A stretch of 36,889 nt of DNA from Neophaeotheca triangularis (Eukaryota): the NCBI GenBank assembly GCA_054600435.1, contig BAAIJX010000053.1:124001-160889 (forward strand), written 5' to 3'. The notes below the pieces were generated by a model. It did no database searches and was not told the DNA's origin. It saw only the letters and a list, made by a program, of their open reading frames with translations. The translations under genes and the position numbers were made by a program. Each line of letters opens with the position of its first letter. Positions within the stretch are counted from its first letter, which is position 1. This document shows positions 21,192-31,250 of the stretch, one piece after another.

Positions 21192-22298
21192 TCAGTCCTG
21201 AAAGAGCAGCCCTGCCGCATACTCGACGTTCCCGTTCGTCATATTGAGCGCACCGACAGCCTGCTGCTGGCTGAAACCCAAATCTTGCAGCGACTTGACA
21301 CTCTCAGCAGGAAAGTTATGTTGAGGCTGCGGCATCTGCGCAGGCGCGCCTTGTCCGTAGGGTCTAATAGGCATCTGCTGCTGAGCCGGCGAGGGCGGAA
21401 GAGGCTTACGCACCACGCCCGCAATCCTAACTGCCCATTTCCATGGCCTATCTTGCCCTCCAGGCAACGCGTTGAAGTACTCCCATCCCATGACACCCCC
21501 GAAACCCGGGTACCGACTCCTAAGCGTATTCAGCACACCCTCCAACCTTGCCCACTCAACATGCCCAGCACCATTCGCGGGATTTGTAACCATGCCCATG
21601 ACAACCTTCTCCTGCTTCCACCCTAAGCCAATGATAGCATCGTACCACGCCGTCGACCCAGCATCCCCCCAGCCACAATAGAACTGCGTATTGTACCACG
21701 CAATTTCATGCCCTCTCATCTGCTCCAGCAAGCGATAATCAAATGCCGGCCCTGATAAATGCGGCTGGTTGGGCAGCAGCGCGGTAGCAACGGGCGCGAG
21801 CGTGATCAAGAACCCCGCCCCAAAGTCCGCCCTCAGCCGGTCTATAAGCCTCACAGTCCCCGGCAGCGACGTCGGCTCCTCGATATCCAAGTCCACGCCG
21901 TCGAAGCGGTGTTCACGGAGCAGGTCGCGGAGGGGTGCATAGTGGGCTTCGAAACGCGCGGTGTCGGTGCCGTCGAGGCGTGCGTAGGAGCCCTGGGCCG
22001 CGCCGCCTAGCATGGCGAGCACTTTGACGCCAGAGGCTTGCAGCCATGCTGTTTCGGCCCAGAGGGTTTGGAACTTGGAGGACGAGGGCCGAGTGTCGTT
22101 GAGGGTGATGTTGCCGGGGCCTTCGTTGAGGTGGATGGCTGCTATGACTACGTGGGTGACGCCAGTGTTGTTGGCGATGAGAGGGAGGAGGGTGACGGGG
22201 GGTCCGCCATTGGGTTTGTGGTGGGTTTGGTGGTAAAGGACTACTCGTGGCCCTTGGCCGAGGGGGAGCAGGGAGGTGGATTCGGGCGTTGGTGGCAT
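21192..22298 (-). CDS. GH18 glycoside hydrolase (cytosolic ENGase-like, no signal peptide) with a C-terminal UBA domain, ~368 aa
   Basis: Catalytic DxxDxDxE motif FDGVDLDIEE; RVVLYHQT, MLGGAAQGSY, WYNTQFYCGWG, FGGVMGWEYFN. A Pro/Gln linker is followed by UBA-like FPAESVKSLQDLGFSQQQAVGALNMTNGNVEYAAGLLF. Confidence 0.88.
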   Translation of the reverse strand: MPPTPESTSLLPLGQGPRVVLYHQTHHKPNGGPPVTLLPLIANNTGVTHVVIAAIHLNEGPGNITLNDTRPSSSKFQTLWAETAWLQASGVKVLAMLGGAAQGSYARLDGTDTARFEAHYAPLRDLLREHRFDGVDLDIEEPTSLPGTVRLIDRLRADFGAGFLITLAPVATALLPNQPHLSGPAFDYRLLEQMRGHEIAWYNTQFYCGWGDAGSTAWYDAIIGLGWKQEKVVMGMVTNPANGAGHVEWARLEGVLNTLRSRYPGFGGVMGWEYFNALPGGQDRPWKWAVRIAGVVRKPLPPSPAQQQMPIRPYGQGAPAQMPQPQHNFPAESVKSLQDLGFSQQQAVGALNMTNGNVEYAAGLLFQD

Positions 22299-22739
22299 TA
22301 TGAAGATGTTGTGGTAGGAAGGAAGTTGTAGGAAGTCGTGGTGAGGGGGAACTTTAGCCGGACTGTGCTGACACTTCTTACCTTGATACACTTATCTTTG
22401 GTACCTTCTATCACGAGATAGGACGACATCACCGCTCACTTTGAGAGACCTTCGTTTCTGAGGACGCGACCATCGAAAGTGAGCTGCTAACATTCTCCAA
22501 TAACCACATTCACTGCACATTATTGCATAAATTAAGCTGTATTACAAAGCGGTTGTTGCTGGTATCTTATCTACACTACAATGGCCCATAGTCATAACTC
22601 CATAACAACTAAAAAGAAAATCTGCCAGTGGGGCCGGATACTTTTCCCACCCAAAGACCCGTAGGTCACGACCTTTCTAAAGATCTAAACAAAAAAACTC
22701 CCAAGACACCATGCATGCGATTTGTGAAAGATAACACTC

Positions 22740-25700
22740 TCAAACAACCTCTTGCGCCACTTGGAAGTATGAGTTCCTCTCAGACCCGAGCCTGAAGGAG
22801 GAGACGGAAGGTGCTGCGGTCGAGAGTCTGGATTGAGACAAGATGCGCGGGCTAGGGCTCTCCAGCTTCAGATGGTAAGTGGAAGCATTGGGCGTAGGAG
22901 CGTGGGAGCGTAAAGCTGGCTGCTTGGAGCGGGCAAGGTAGCGCGGACTCTGCGCCTTGCCGATCCACAGCAGTTGCTCGTGCTCGCGGAGGTAGCGGTC
23001 GCTGGAGAAACTGCTAAGGACGTTGTTGCGGCCCATCATGCCCAGTTTGCGGCGCTGCTCGCTCTTGTCGTACATGCGCTGTTGGATCATGTCCACTTCT
23101 TCCCTCGAGGGGTGGAGGGAGAGCTTGGGCTTGTAGCCGGGCTCGTCTTCGGCCCAGGCGGACCATTTGTCTAGCAAACCCAGGATGTTGACTTGGGCTT
23201 TGGCTAGGGAGTAGGAGTCGTTGGGTGCGATGACTTCGGAGAAGGACTCGAAAGTTACAGGGTCACTGACGACTCGGAATGAGGCTCCCACGTCTGTGCA
23301 GACGACAGGTACACCCGTCAATGCTGCTTCGCCCATAGCTAGGGGAAGACCTTCGGAGATGGAAGAGTTGAGGAATATCCAGGCTTCTTCGAGGACCTTG
23401 GATGGGTTGCCCAGACCCTTGAGTGCAACGTGATCGCGCAAACCCTTGGACGCCAGAATCTCCTTGCATTCGACGGAATAGGCGGGTGCCTTCTCCATGT
23501 CTCCGTAGATGTCGAGTTGGTAATCCTTGAAGCCCCACTCGTTGACAATGATGTCTGCGGCAAGCAAGGCGTTCTTGATATCCTTGACAAAGCGAACGTG
23601 CGACAACATAGTCACAGTCGGAACCTTGGACTTGATCTTTTCGATGGGCTTGAACTTCTCCATGTTGCAGATACCGTTGACAACCGGGTCGATCTTGCGC
23701 GCAAAGGTGCGGCGGTGCTCCAGGATGCCCTCTTGGGTGCCGTGCTCGACTTCCCAGCCTGGGTTGAAGAAGTCGGCGCAGGGCAGTACCACGTCTGCAT
23801 AGTGCAAAATCAAAGTGGAGGCCATGCGCGAGAGATGGATGAGCGATGTGCAGACGAACGGCGAGTCGAAGGACATGGCAGACGACAGGAAGACTGTGAC
23901 TTCTCTCCAACTGATGCAGTGGTCCCAGACGTGAAGAGTGCAGTTGCGCTTGATCTTGCAGAGGACACCGTAAGACGCGCCTGTGAAATGGTGGGAGGCT
24001 TGGAAGACATCTGGAATCCTTTCGGGCACCGGGATGGAGAAGATGAAAAGGTAGCGGTGCCACATGTCCAAGGCAGTGTCGAGATGTAGAAGGGTAGGGC
24101 ACTCTGGGTCCAGCCATTCAGAAATCGGCCGAGCATTTTCGACGTCTTCCGCAAGCCACAACTCCCGCCAGTGCTCCTTGACAATGTCGCTGTTCCAGAC
24201 TTCACCCCAATGACGGTCAGACTCAAAGTACGAGTTGAGATCAAGCAAGGCCTGCGAAGATTCCTCGACGTGCTGGCGGTCGAATTTGATAGCGCGGGCA
24301 CATCGTACCAGACTAGTCAGGATCGGCAGAAAGTTCTTCTTAATGTCGGCATTACTGGTATTGTTCGATCGTTGCTGAACGGCGGAGTCGAGGAAGTCCT
24401 CAAATACACCGTGCGTGGGTGTCAAGAAGTCGAGACCCCAAAGCGGCAGGACCGAAAGAGATTGAACGTTCTTTTCAATCTGGAACTTGGGCACACCGTA
24501 GTCGTTGGCGTTCTCGGCGACTACGTGCCACCTAATAGAGTTCAAGTCATTGACCATGTCACGACGGCATGCAGACACACCACCGCCTTCGTTCGGCCAG
24601 GTCCCGGTATCCATTGCCAACACGTGGAGGACGTCGTCGCTGTCCTGAATCTGAGTCGCTTGGCTTCGAGTGTTGATCCTGCAGTCACCTCCTTGGCCGA
24701 AGCTGAGAAGATCACCATACTTGAAAGCAAGAGAAGACCAAGCACTGACATCGGGGTCAATGTCCGTCCTCGCCATGATGGCGTCGGCTTGAGACTCAAG
24801 GTACTCGGCAGCAGATCTGAGAAGACCGAGATCACGTCCCGTCCAGTAAGGTCGTAGTACCTGGTCAGCGCGCAGCAGGTTCTCGTCGAGCCATCTGGCG
24901 GTGACGGCGTCGAATTCCTTGCCGCTCTTCCAGGCTTGCCAAAGGTGTGTGCGCTTGAGACCAGTCGAAATAGGGTATCTCTTGACGTTGAAACCGAGCA
25001 GGCGCGAGATAATGCCAGCATGCACCGAGCGGAACAGGAAGAGAGGGTTATCCGCAAGGAAACTGCAGTTAGTGGGCTTCTTGAGGATGCCAAACCAATC
25101 GTACAAGATCATGGGTGGCGTATCGACATACTCGCCATTGCAGGTTGTCTCGATGGTCGGGTGAGATCGATGGTCGTACTTCCACTTTGAGTGCCAGACA
25201 TCAGTGCCCTGAGTGTACGTGGCTTCGGTGACCTTGGTGTAAGGGAGCCAGGTATCGAGTTTCTGCGAGTGTTTCGGCGGCGGCACAGACCACGAGATCT
25301 TCATGTGGATGTGAGCCAGCTTGTAGTCAGCCCGTAGCAGTTCGTCGTCGTATTTGGCGTTCTTGCGGTACTCGTTCTTGAACTCTACCAAGTTGCCGTC
25401 TTTCAGATAGGAACCGGACGTGATGTAGCCTCGGTCGTCGTACTGTATGATTTCGCCGCTCATATCACCTTTAGTGCAAGTACGGCTCATGGGAATCTTT
25501 AATCCCGACGAGTGACCACCCTGGGGATACTCGAATTCGTAGATATTGGAGATGGTCTGGTTGCGGTACTCTTCCTTCTTCAGCAGTACCAAGTCCTTGG
25601 TGTAAGTGCTGATGGACTTGAGCTGACCGTTGCTCTCGGGTTGCTTGTCGTGACGGCCACTATAAAGGTGGAACTCAGAACCACCGGCAGGGAGAGGCTT

Positions 25701-28700
25701 GAAGAAACCCGTAGAAGGGCCCTGGAGACTGTCGATAACAATGCGCTTCTTCTCAATCGTAGTCTTGGTGCCTTTCATCAACCCAAAGAGAGCAGACACA
25801 TTAGGTCGGCCGTAGAACAAGAACCATGGGAGAATCAACTTCTGGAGAAGCTTGACGTAGTTCCAGATACCGTTCAGAATAAATCTAGCAGGCCAGCGGA
25901 TGATGAAGGGCTTGTCGCGGATCACATAGTCGAGCTCGCGCTGGAACTCGGGGTCGGCGACAATCGATACGACGAAGAACTTGACACTGAGTCTCACCGC
26001 CTGGATGATAGACAAAAGGGGATGTTTCGCGCGGTCTTTTAGCTTCTTCACCGGCGAGTCGGTCGCTAGTTTCTGGGAGGCGGCGATAAACCTCTGGTAG
26101 TCGGAGTAGAGAGGCTCAGGGCCGCCGCGGAATTCAAAATCGATCTGTGTCGACCTTGCATACTCTTGGATCATGGAAGTCAGCGAAGCACCCAGGTTGC
26201 AACGAGCAAGATGTTCCGGCACCAAGGAGTCGTCGGCGCAGAATGTGGAGCTGATCCAACCAAGCTGCTCATGGGTAATATGGCATGGGTCACCGCAGGC
26301 GCGCTTCATAAGGAACGACCTGACGAAGCGAGGTAGTAGGTCCCAGTCCCTGTCACAGTCCAAGCCGAGCAAAAGATAACGAAGCAGCTCTTGGTCAGCA
26401 TTCTTCACAACTCGTAGACGCTCCGTGGCAGACCATTCCAGCTGACGCTTGACGCCTTCTGGAATAGAAACTCCAGATCGGTGAGCGGGCTCCACGGCAA
26501 GGATCTCAGCGAGAATAGACTGATCGTAGGACATGCCAAAGCGGGCTTCGGTAGTTGCTTGCATAATGGCCTCGGCGATGACCTTGCAGTTCCTGCGGAT
26601 ATCCATCATCCTTTCATTGCCCTGCTGCTCGTTGCCAACAAGTACGATGATGTGGAGGATATCGCCAGTATCGCGGCTAACACTCCTCATCTTCTCTTCC
26701 TTCTCGAAGAGGTGGCGCGCCGGGACTAGGTCGACGACTATTTTCCCGCTGTGCCAGAGCCCGATGGTTTCCTGTGTCAATCTTTCGGCGAGGGGAAACG
26801 CAGCGCGCACACGAGCCGACTTGCTGGTATTGGCATGCATCCTGAGCGTTTCCATGACCTCAGTACCAGGATGGGTATTGGGATCTACTCGGAAGCGGTG
26901 TTCTTCAGGGAGATCGACAGCCGCGTCGAAGGTATCTTTGAGCTGGCGTTCTGAAAAGTCGGGGTACGGTGCAAGAGAACCCGCAGAGTAGAAAGTCTTG
27001 GAGTTTGAACCCTTCTTTGCCTTGCGATCCTTGAAGCTCGGCCAGCCGATGTTTGCTGTACGCATCGAGAGGGCAGCGGCTGTCCAAGCGGCAATAGCCA
27101 AAGCCACTACACTGCTATAAGGGAAGTCCTCGGTCTGGGTGTGGAGTACGAGACCGACGACCAAACCAGCAACCGCAGCTATAATCAAGTCACCCATGGC
27201 CAACGCTCCGGTGTAGATTCTGTTGTACTGGTACCAGAGCAAGCCCGTGTATGAGCCCACGTAGGCAAGAAACATGATCGTGGCGTCGCGAGCGTCTTCG
27301 AAAACCCACATGAGCGCAGCAACAACAGCGAGACCCCAGATGTGCATGAAGAAGAATTTGGCAAAGTTTTTCCAGTAGAGGCTTCGTCGAGCCCTGGCAT
27401 CGCGTACAGCGGCCTCGCGGAGGAAGTCGAGAGAAGTAATCGGCTGGTCTGTCCTCTTGTTGGCAAGCGGCCATAGTGGAGTAGCAACAGCATCGAGGCA
27501 AACAGCCGCAACGAGGTAGTAGGCGAGACCGAAACCGACAGACAAACGGAAGTCGTCGCTGTCCGCCGCGGACAAACCGACCAGAGAGGAGCCAGTAAGG
27601 AGCGCAACCCACTTGTCCATGAGAGCGACAACGAAGTAAAGCACGCCGCACCAGACCTCGGCACCACCGTGGCGCCAATGTATGAAGGCGTTGTGAAGCT
27701 TCAAACCCTTTTGCATGTCCTTGAGCGTATCGACGCCAGCCTTGCACTGCAAGTTCCAAGTTGGGCTGTACGGGTAAGGCATTTTTGTCCTGGAGTATTT
27801 GCAGTACCAATCCATCAGGAACAGCGTGGCATCGTGGCCTTTGGCGAGTTTTTTTATGAATACGTCTGAGGTGGACTTCTGCCATGGGCTACGGTTGCGT
27901 TCTTTGTTCAGAGCCTCCATGAGAGCCAGGCGAGGAAGGGGTGTCGCGGCGAGGTCAGTAACACCCTCGGGCAGCTCCATTTTCTCGCCAGTGACCTCAG
28001 CCTGTTGCGTGTACCAGTTGACGACTTCCGTGTCAGAGACGATTGGCACATCCAGATACCAGTTGTTCCAGTTGGAGGCGACCCGACGAGCTCCGAATGT
28101 GAGCAAGATCAGGAACCCGCTCAATACGCATGGGTAGACAATGATGTCGTTTCCAATCCAAAGTGTAAGGATAGGTGAGATGAAAAGCAGCGGGATGCAC
28201 ATGACGATTGTCATCCTTCCGGACTGGAACTGGAAGCCAGGGAATTGGTAGATGGCAAGGGTCGCAAGCATCGTGAGGTATGTCGATAACATGAGGAAGT
28301 AAAAGACGAAGATGAAACCTTCGTATGGACTTCTGATCACGCTGAGAACGATGAAAGCGCCAACGCTGATGATGAGGCCGAGAGCGATACCAGCGATGAA
28401 GCGGGTAAGGACAAACATATTCATCGCTGGGAAGGCCATGCAGTACAGGTAGTAAGCTCCGCCGTGGCCGACCCAGGTACCGATTCCACCCACGAGGAGC
28501 AGGGCAATCATGAGGCCTCCAGTGGCCATGGTCTTCTCACCTTCGGACATGTAGGTGCTGAGGTAAAGTCCTCGGCCAATTGTAGTAAGCATCAAAATAT
28601 CCACCAAGGCCGGAACAGCAAAGATACCGAGGAAGGTGACATGGTAGTATAATGGGATCTCTTCGCGGCCGGCGTTTGGATCTTCATCAGTACCCATGGA

Positions 28701-31250
28701 GGCGTACGCGGTCGGCAGTTCGGTGGTTTTATCGTCACGGTGAGGCGGCTGGTGCATTTGGTAGTAAATCTTGTATTTGTCCGCCAGGATTCTTCCCACG
28801 GCATTCGAAGTCATGTCCAGGTAAGCTTCGCATTGCGAGCCGAGAGCGAACATTTCGGAAAAGCATGCTGCCTGGTCTGCGTGAGCACCGTTGGGCATAG
28901 GGTTGCGGTCCAACACTTCGAGATAGACTTCTTCGATGGCCAGTTTGCGAAACGCACAAAAGACGGAGAGAGCGAAGATGTCGGCGCTTGCATCGATTTG
29001 GCCTTTCCGAAGCACCTTCTCCAAGGTTTTCTCCAGGACCGCGAGCTGCGGAGCTTCTTGCCGCATCAATACGCCTGGCAGCCAAGAGTCGATCGCTTTG
29101 AAGACAGAGAGTGCGGCCGCGGGGCGAGGGCCGTTGCAGCCCTTTTCGCGGTACCATTCGAGACGAGATTCAATCAGCTCCTCTGGCGAGATCTCGCCGG
29201 AAAGATAAGCAGTAGTATTGAGATGGCGCAGACGGGTAATCGAAGGAACCTCCAGAAGCTGATATTCGCAACAGACCTGAATCTTTCTGGAAAATGACAT
29301 TGCTTCTCTGCAACTAGACATTCGCAGTCGCTGTAAAAGCAAGAGGTTTTCCGTGGGTGTGAGTGCTTCGATATCCTTGACAATGCGGTCCGGTAGATCC
29401 CAGGGCTCAGCGAGAGTTTCAGTGCGCTCTGCCAGAGCCATTTCGGCGACATAGCAGTCAAAGCGCGAGAAGCTCCTACTGGATAGGAACGTGTGCAAGA
29501 GCGCTCCGGTTCGATCTGTGGTCTTCGCGGAGAGGTAAATGTCGGTCGTACCTGCCGCGGTGTTGATATCGTAGAGACCCCACGCCTGATGATCGGTCCC
29601 CGCGTGGAATCCAGAGTGCAGACCGACGTAGACACGAAGGCGATCTTCCATGTTTCCCTGGGCAACGCTGATCAAATCGAGCAGCTCCTTCATCGCCTGA
29701 GAGCTCAATGAAGCGTTTGGCCAGGAGCTTCGCTTCTCGTATGCGACCTGGAGTTTCTCAGCCATGGCGTTCAATTCCGTGGGCTGCACAAGATCCAGCA
29801 TTTTGAGGTCTCGGAGCCGGCGCTGGCCTTCCACGAGACCGGCAAAGTCGCCAGCCGTGAACTTGAGACCGAGTTGGAAGCAACCAAGTCCAGTGTAGTC
29901 TTCGTTGCTAGCTGAAATGGAAAATGGGTTGCTAGCGGTGTCACCGTGCTGCATGGACCAGTCGAAATCGCCGTTAATGATGCCTTGTGCAGCTAGACGT
30001 TGATCACGCTCTGCTGGCTGAAGCTCCAGCGCGTCTGAGATGCCAGGCAGGAAGTCGTCGAGCGATTGGTACGTGTCGGAATTGCCAGCAGAGTCCTTCA
30101 CAATGCGATCGTTCTTGCGCCAGGTCTCATGGTATTTGATTGTGTCGTTACCCTTCAGCCACATCAATGCGCCAAGTGGCTCCGCGGTGAAGCACCGCTG
30201 TACAGCGACATCAGCGTCCGTGAGAGCAGCATTTGGTCCAATCCAGCTAAAAGCCGTATTGAATCGGCACCAGTTATAGCTTCTCTTGACAACTGAATGA
30301 GACAGCTCGACATTGTCATCAATGGTCTCCCACATCATGAGCGTTGATCCGCCACTCCAAGCATGCTTTGCCAAAGCTCTCTGCGCCCTTCGCATGGAGT
30401 CCATCTGGAAATAGTTGCGCCTATCGCCGTTGGACAAGATGGTACCATTCTTGCAGACGAGGCCGCTGATCAAAGACATGTCAATCTGCGCGACCTCTTG
30501 GGGCGTGAGGTAATCGGGAGGGGATACCTCAAGGTATGCCCCAACGTTCGCTGACTGCAGGTATTCCAGAAGCTTGTTCAGGATGACCGGGTGGAAAACA
30601 GCTCCATAGTTGGCTATCAAGATCCCGCAAAAGGGCGAGCGAGCATCTGTTCGGCGCTTGAACTGACTGCTAAGAGTCTCGACGATCCTCGTCAACGCTT
30701 GGACGTTGTTGGTGCCTCCGCTGCTGCTCGCGCCTACGATAGCCTCGACATCCAAGCGCCCGACTATACGGCCAGACGTCGACTGGGCCGCAGCGTCCAA
30801 GACGCCCGAACGAGCAGGGTCGAGTACGAGGAGGTCCCATTGTGAGAGAAGTTGTGCTTGGTTGGCTGTAGGTGGGTTGTTGAATGCTCCCAAAAAGACG
30901 CCAAACGTTTTTGGAGGTTTGATCGATCGTTGCTGAGGGTAGATGGAGTTCAGATCCCCCGCAAGGCTATCGAGGTATTTTGTAACGGCGGCAGGTACTT
31001 TGGGAGTCCGACCCCGTCGCTTACGAATGGTCTTCCTGACGTATTTGTAGATGGCCCAGACGAAGTACAGTGCGCCAATGACAAGACTGACGAGCGCGAG
31101 AAAGGCGAGTGTCTGACAGCAATCGATCGTCAGAAAAGGTCTATCAGTGTAGCAGGTCACAATAGCGGAGCGACTTACTCTATCCCACCAATTCTCGATC
31201 ATGAGGTCCCAGCCAATGGCCGATAGGCCCAGAAACTCTGCTCCGGCCAT
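22740..31250 (-). CDS. gtb3: Giant multi-pass membrane GT4 glycosyltransferase, Gtb3-like (putative galactosaminogalactan synthase; PelF-like catalytic domain); probable 66-nt in-frame intron 31178-31113, ~2814 aa
   Basis: C-terminal GT-B motifs SHVRFVKDIKNALLAADII and NSSISEGLPLAMGEAALTGVPVVCTDVG; two clusters of hydrophobic helices at ~28650-27060; N-terminal TM segment. Intron GTAAGT...CTGAT...TCAG. Adjacent to spherulin-4 genes, as in the Aspergillus GAG cluster. Confidence 0.85.
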   Translation of the reverse strand: MAGAEFLGLSAIGWDLMIENWWDRVSRSAIVTCYTDRPFLTIDCCQTLAFLALVSLVIGALYFVWAIYKYVRKTIRKRRGRTPKVPAAVTKYLDSLAGDLNSIYPQQRSIKPPKTFGVFLGAFNNPPTANQAQLLSQWDLLVLDPARSGVLDAAAQSTSGRIVGRLDVEAIVGASSSGGTNNVQALTRIVETLSSQFKRRTDARSPFCGILIANYGAVFHPVILNKLLEYLQSANVGAYLEVSPPDYLTPQEVAQIDMSLISGLVCKNGTILSNGDRRNYFQMDSMRRAQRALAKHAWSGGSTLMMWETIDDNVELSHSVVKRSYNWCRFNTAFSWIGPNAALTDADVAVQRCFTAEPLGALMWLKGNDTIKYHETWRKNDRIVKDSAGNSDTYQSLDDFLPGISDALELQPAERDQRLAAQGIINGDFDWSMQHGDTASNPFSISASNEDYTGLGCFQLGLKFTAGDFAGLVEGQRRLRDLKMLDLVQPTELNAMAEKLQVAYEKRSSWPNASLSSQAMKELLDLISVAQGNMEDRLRVYVGLHSGFHAGTDHQAWGLYDINTAAGTTDIYLSAKTTDRTGALLHTFLSSRSFSRFDCYVAEMALAERTETLAEPWDLPDRIVKDIEALTPTENLLLLQRLRMSSCREAMSFSRKIQVCCEYQLLEVPSITRLRHLNTTAYLSGEISPEELIESRLEWYREKGCNGPRPAAALSVFKAIDSWLPGVLMRQEAPQLAVLEKTLEKVLRKGQIDASADIFALSVFCAFRKLAIEEVYLEVLDRNPMPNGAHADQAACFSEMFALGSQCEAYLDMTSNAVGRILADKYKIYYQMHQPPHRDDKTTELPTAYASMGTDEDPNAGREEIPLYYHVTFLGIFAVPALVDILMLTTIGRGLYLSTYMSEGEKTMATGGLMIALLLVGGIGTWVGHGGAYYLYCMAFPAMNMFVLTRFIAGIALGLIISVGAFIVLSVIRSPYEGFIFVFYFLMLSTYLTMLATLAIYQFPGFQFQSGRMTIVMCIPLLFISPILTLWIGNDIIVYPCVLSGFLILLTFGARRVASNWNNWYLDVPIVSDTEVVNWYTQQAEVTGEKMELPEGVTDLAATPLPRLALMEALNKERNRSPWQKSTSDVFIKKLAKGHDATLFLMDWYCKYSRTKMPYPYSPTWNLQCKAGVDTLKDMQKGLKLHNAFIHWRHGGAEVWCGVLYFVVALMDKWVALLTGSSLVGLSAADSDDFRLSVGFGLAYYLVAAVCLDAVATPLWPLANKRTDQPITSLDFLREAAVRDARARRSLYWKNFAKFFFMHIWGLAVVAALMWVFEDARDATIMFLAYVGSYTGLLWYQYNRIYTGALAMGDLIIAAVAGLVVGLVLHTQTEDFPYSSVVALAIAAWTAAALSMRTANIGWPSFKDRKAKKGSNSKTFYSAGSLAPYPDFSERQLKDTFDAAVDLPEEHRFRVDPNTHPGTEVMETLRMHANTSKSARVRAAFPLAERLTQETIGLWHSGKIVVDLVPARHLFEKEEKMRSVSRDTGDILHIIVLVGNEQQGNERMMDIRRNCKVIAEAIMQATTEARFGMSYDQSILAEILAVEPAHRSGVSIPEGVKRQLEWSATERLRVVKNADQELLRYLLLGLDCDRDWDLLPRFVRSFLMKRACGDPCHITHEQLGWISSTFCADDSLVPEHLARCNLGASLTSMIQEYARSTQIDFEFRGGPEPLYSDYQRFIAASQKLATDSPVKKLKDRAKHPLLSIIQAVRLSVKFFVVSIVADPEFQRELDYVIRDKPFIIRWPARFILNGIWNYVKLLQKLILPWFLFYGRPNVSALFGLMKGTKTTIEKKRIVIDSLQGPSTGFFKPLPAGGSEFHLYSGRHDKQPESNGQLKSISTYTKDLVLLKKEEYRNQTISNIYEFEYPQGGHSSGLKIPMSRTCTKGDMSGEIIQYDDRGYITSGSYLKDGNLVEFKNEYRKNAKYDDELLRADYKLAHIHMKISWSVPPPKHSQKLDTWLPYTKVTEATYTQGTDVWHSKWKYDHRSHPTIETTCNGEYVDTPPMILYDWFGILKKPTNCSFLADNPLFLFRSVHAGIISRLLGFNVKRYPISTGLKRTHLWQAWKSGKEFDAVTARWLDENLLRADQVLRPYWTGRDLGLLRSAAEYLESQADAIMARTDIDPDVSAWSSLAFKYGDLLSFGQGGDCRINTRSQATQIQDSDDVLHVLAMDTGTWPNEGGGVSACRRDMVNDLNSIRWHVVAENANDYGVPKFQIEKNVQSLSVLPLWGLDFLTPTHGVFEDFLDSAVQQRSNNTSNADIKKNFLPILTSLVRCARAIKFDRQHVEESSQALLDLNSYFESDRHWGEVWNSDIVKEHWRELWLAEDVENARPISEWLDPECPTLLHLDTALDMWHRYLFIFSIPVPERIPDVFQASHHFTGASYGVLCKIKRNCTLHVWDHCISWREVTVFLSSAMSFDSPFVCTSLIHLSRMASTLILHYADVVLPCADFFNPGWEVEHGTQEGILEHRRTFARKIDPVVNGICNMEKFKPIEKIKSKVPTVTMLSHVRFVKDIKNALLAADIIVNEWGFKDYQLDIYGDMEKAPAYSVECKEILASKGLRDHVALKGLGNPSKVLEEAWIFLNSSISEGLPLAMGEAALTGVPVVCTDVGASFRVVSDPVTFESFSEVIAPNDSYSLAKAQVNILGLLDKWSAWAEDEPGYKPKLSLHPSREEVDMIQQRMYDKSEQRRKLGMMGRNNVLSSFSSDRYLREHEQLLWIGKAQSPRYLARSKQPALRSHAPTPNASTYHLKLESPSPRILSQSRLSTAAPSVSSFRLGSERNSYFQVAQEVV

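Noticed and set aside
1..22298. mms22, rad7 and GH18-UBA as a ubiquitin/DNA-repair gene cluster
   Set aside because: They are interspersed with unrelated housekeeping genes and share no visible regulatory signal; most likely coincidental.
21192..22739. GH18 gene as a member of the GAG locus (co-oriented, 441 bp from gtb3)
   Set aside because: GH18 enzymes act on beta-linked GlcNAc whereas GAG is alpha-1,4-linked, and the UBA domain points to ERAD. Only conserved synteny would revive this idea.
19300..30936. Numerous long antisense or alternate-frame ORFs overlapping rad7 and gtb3
   Set aside because: Expected shadow ORFs of GC-rich coding sequence with biased codon use.
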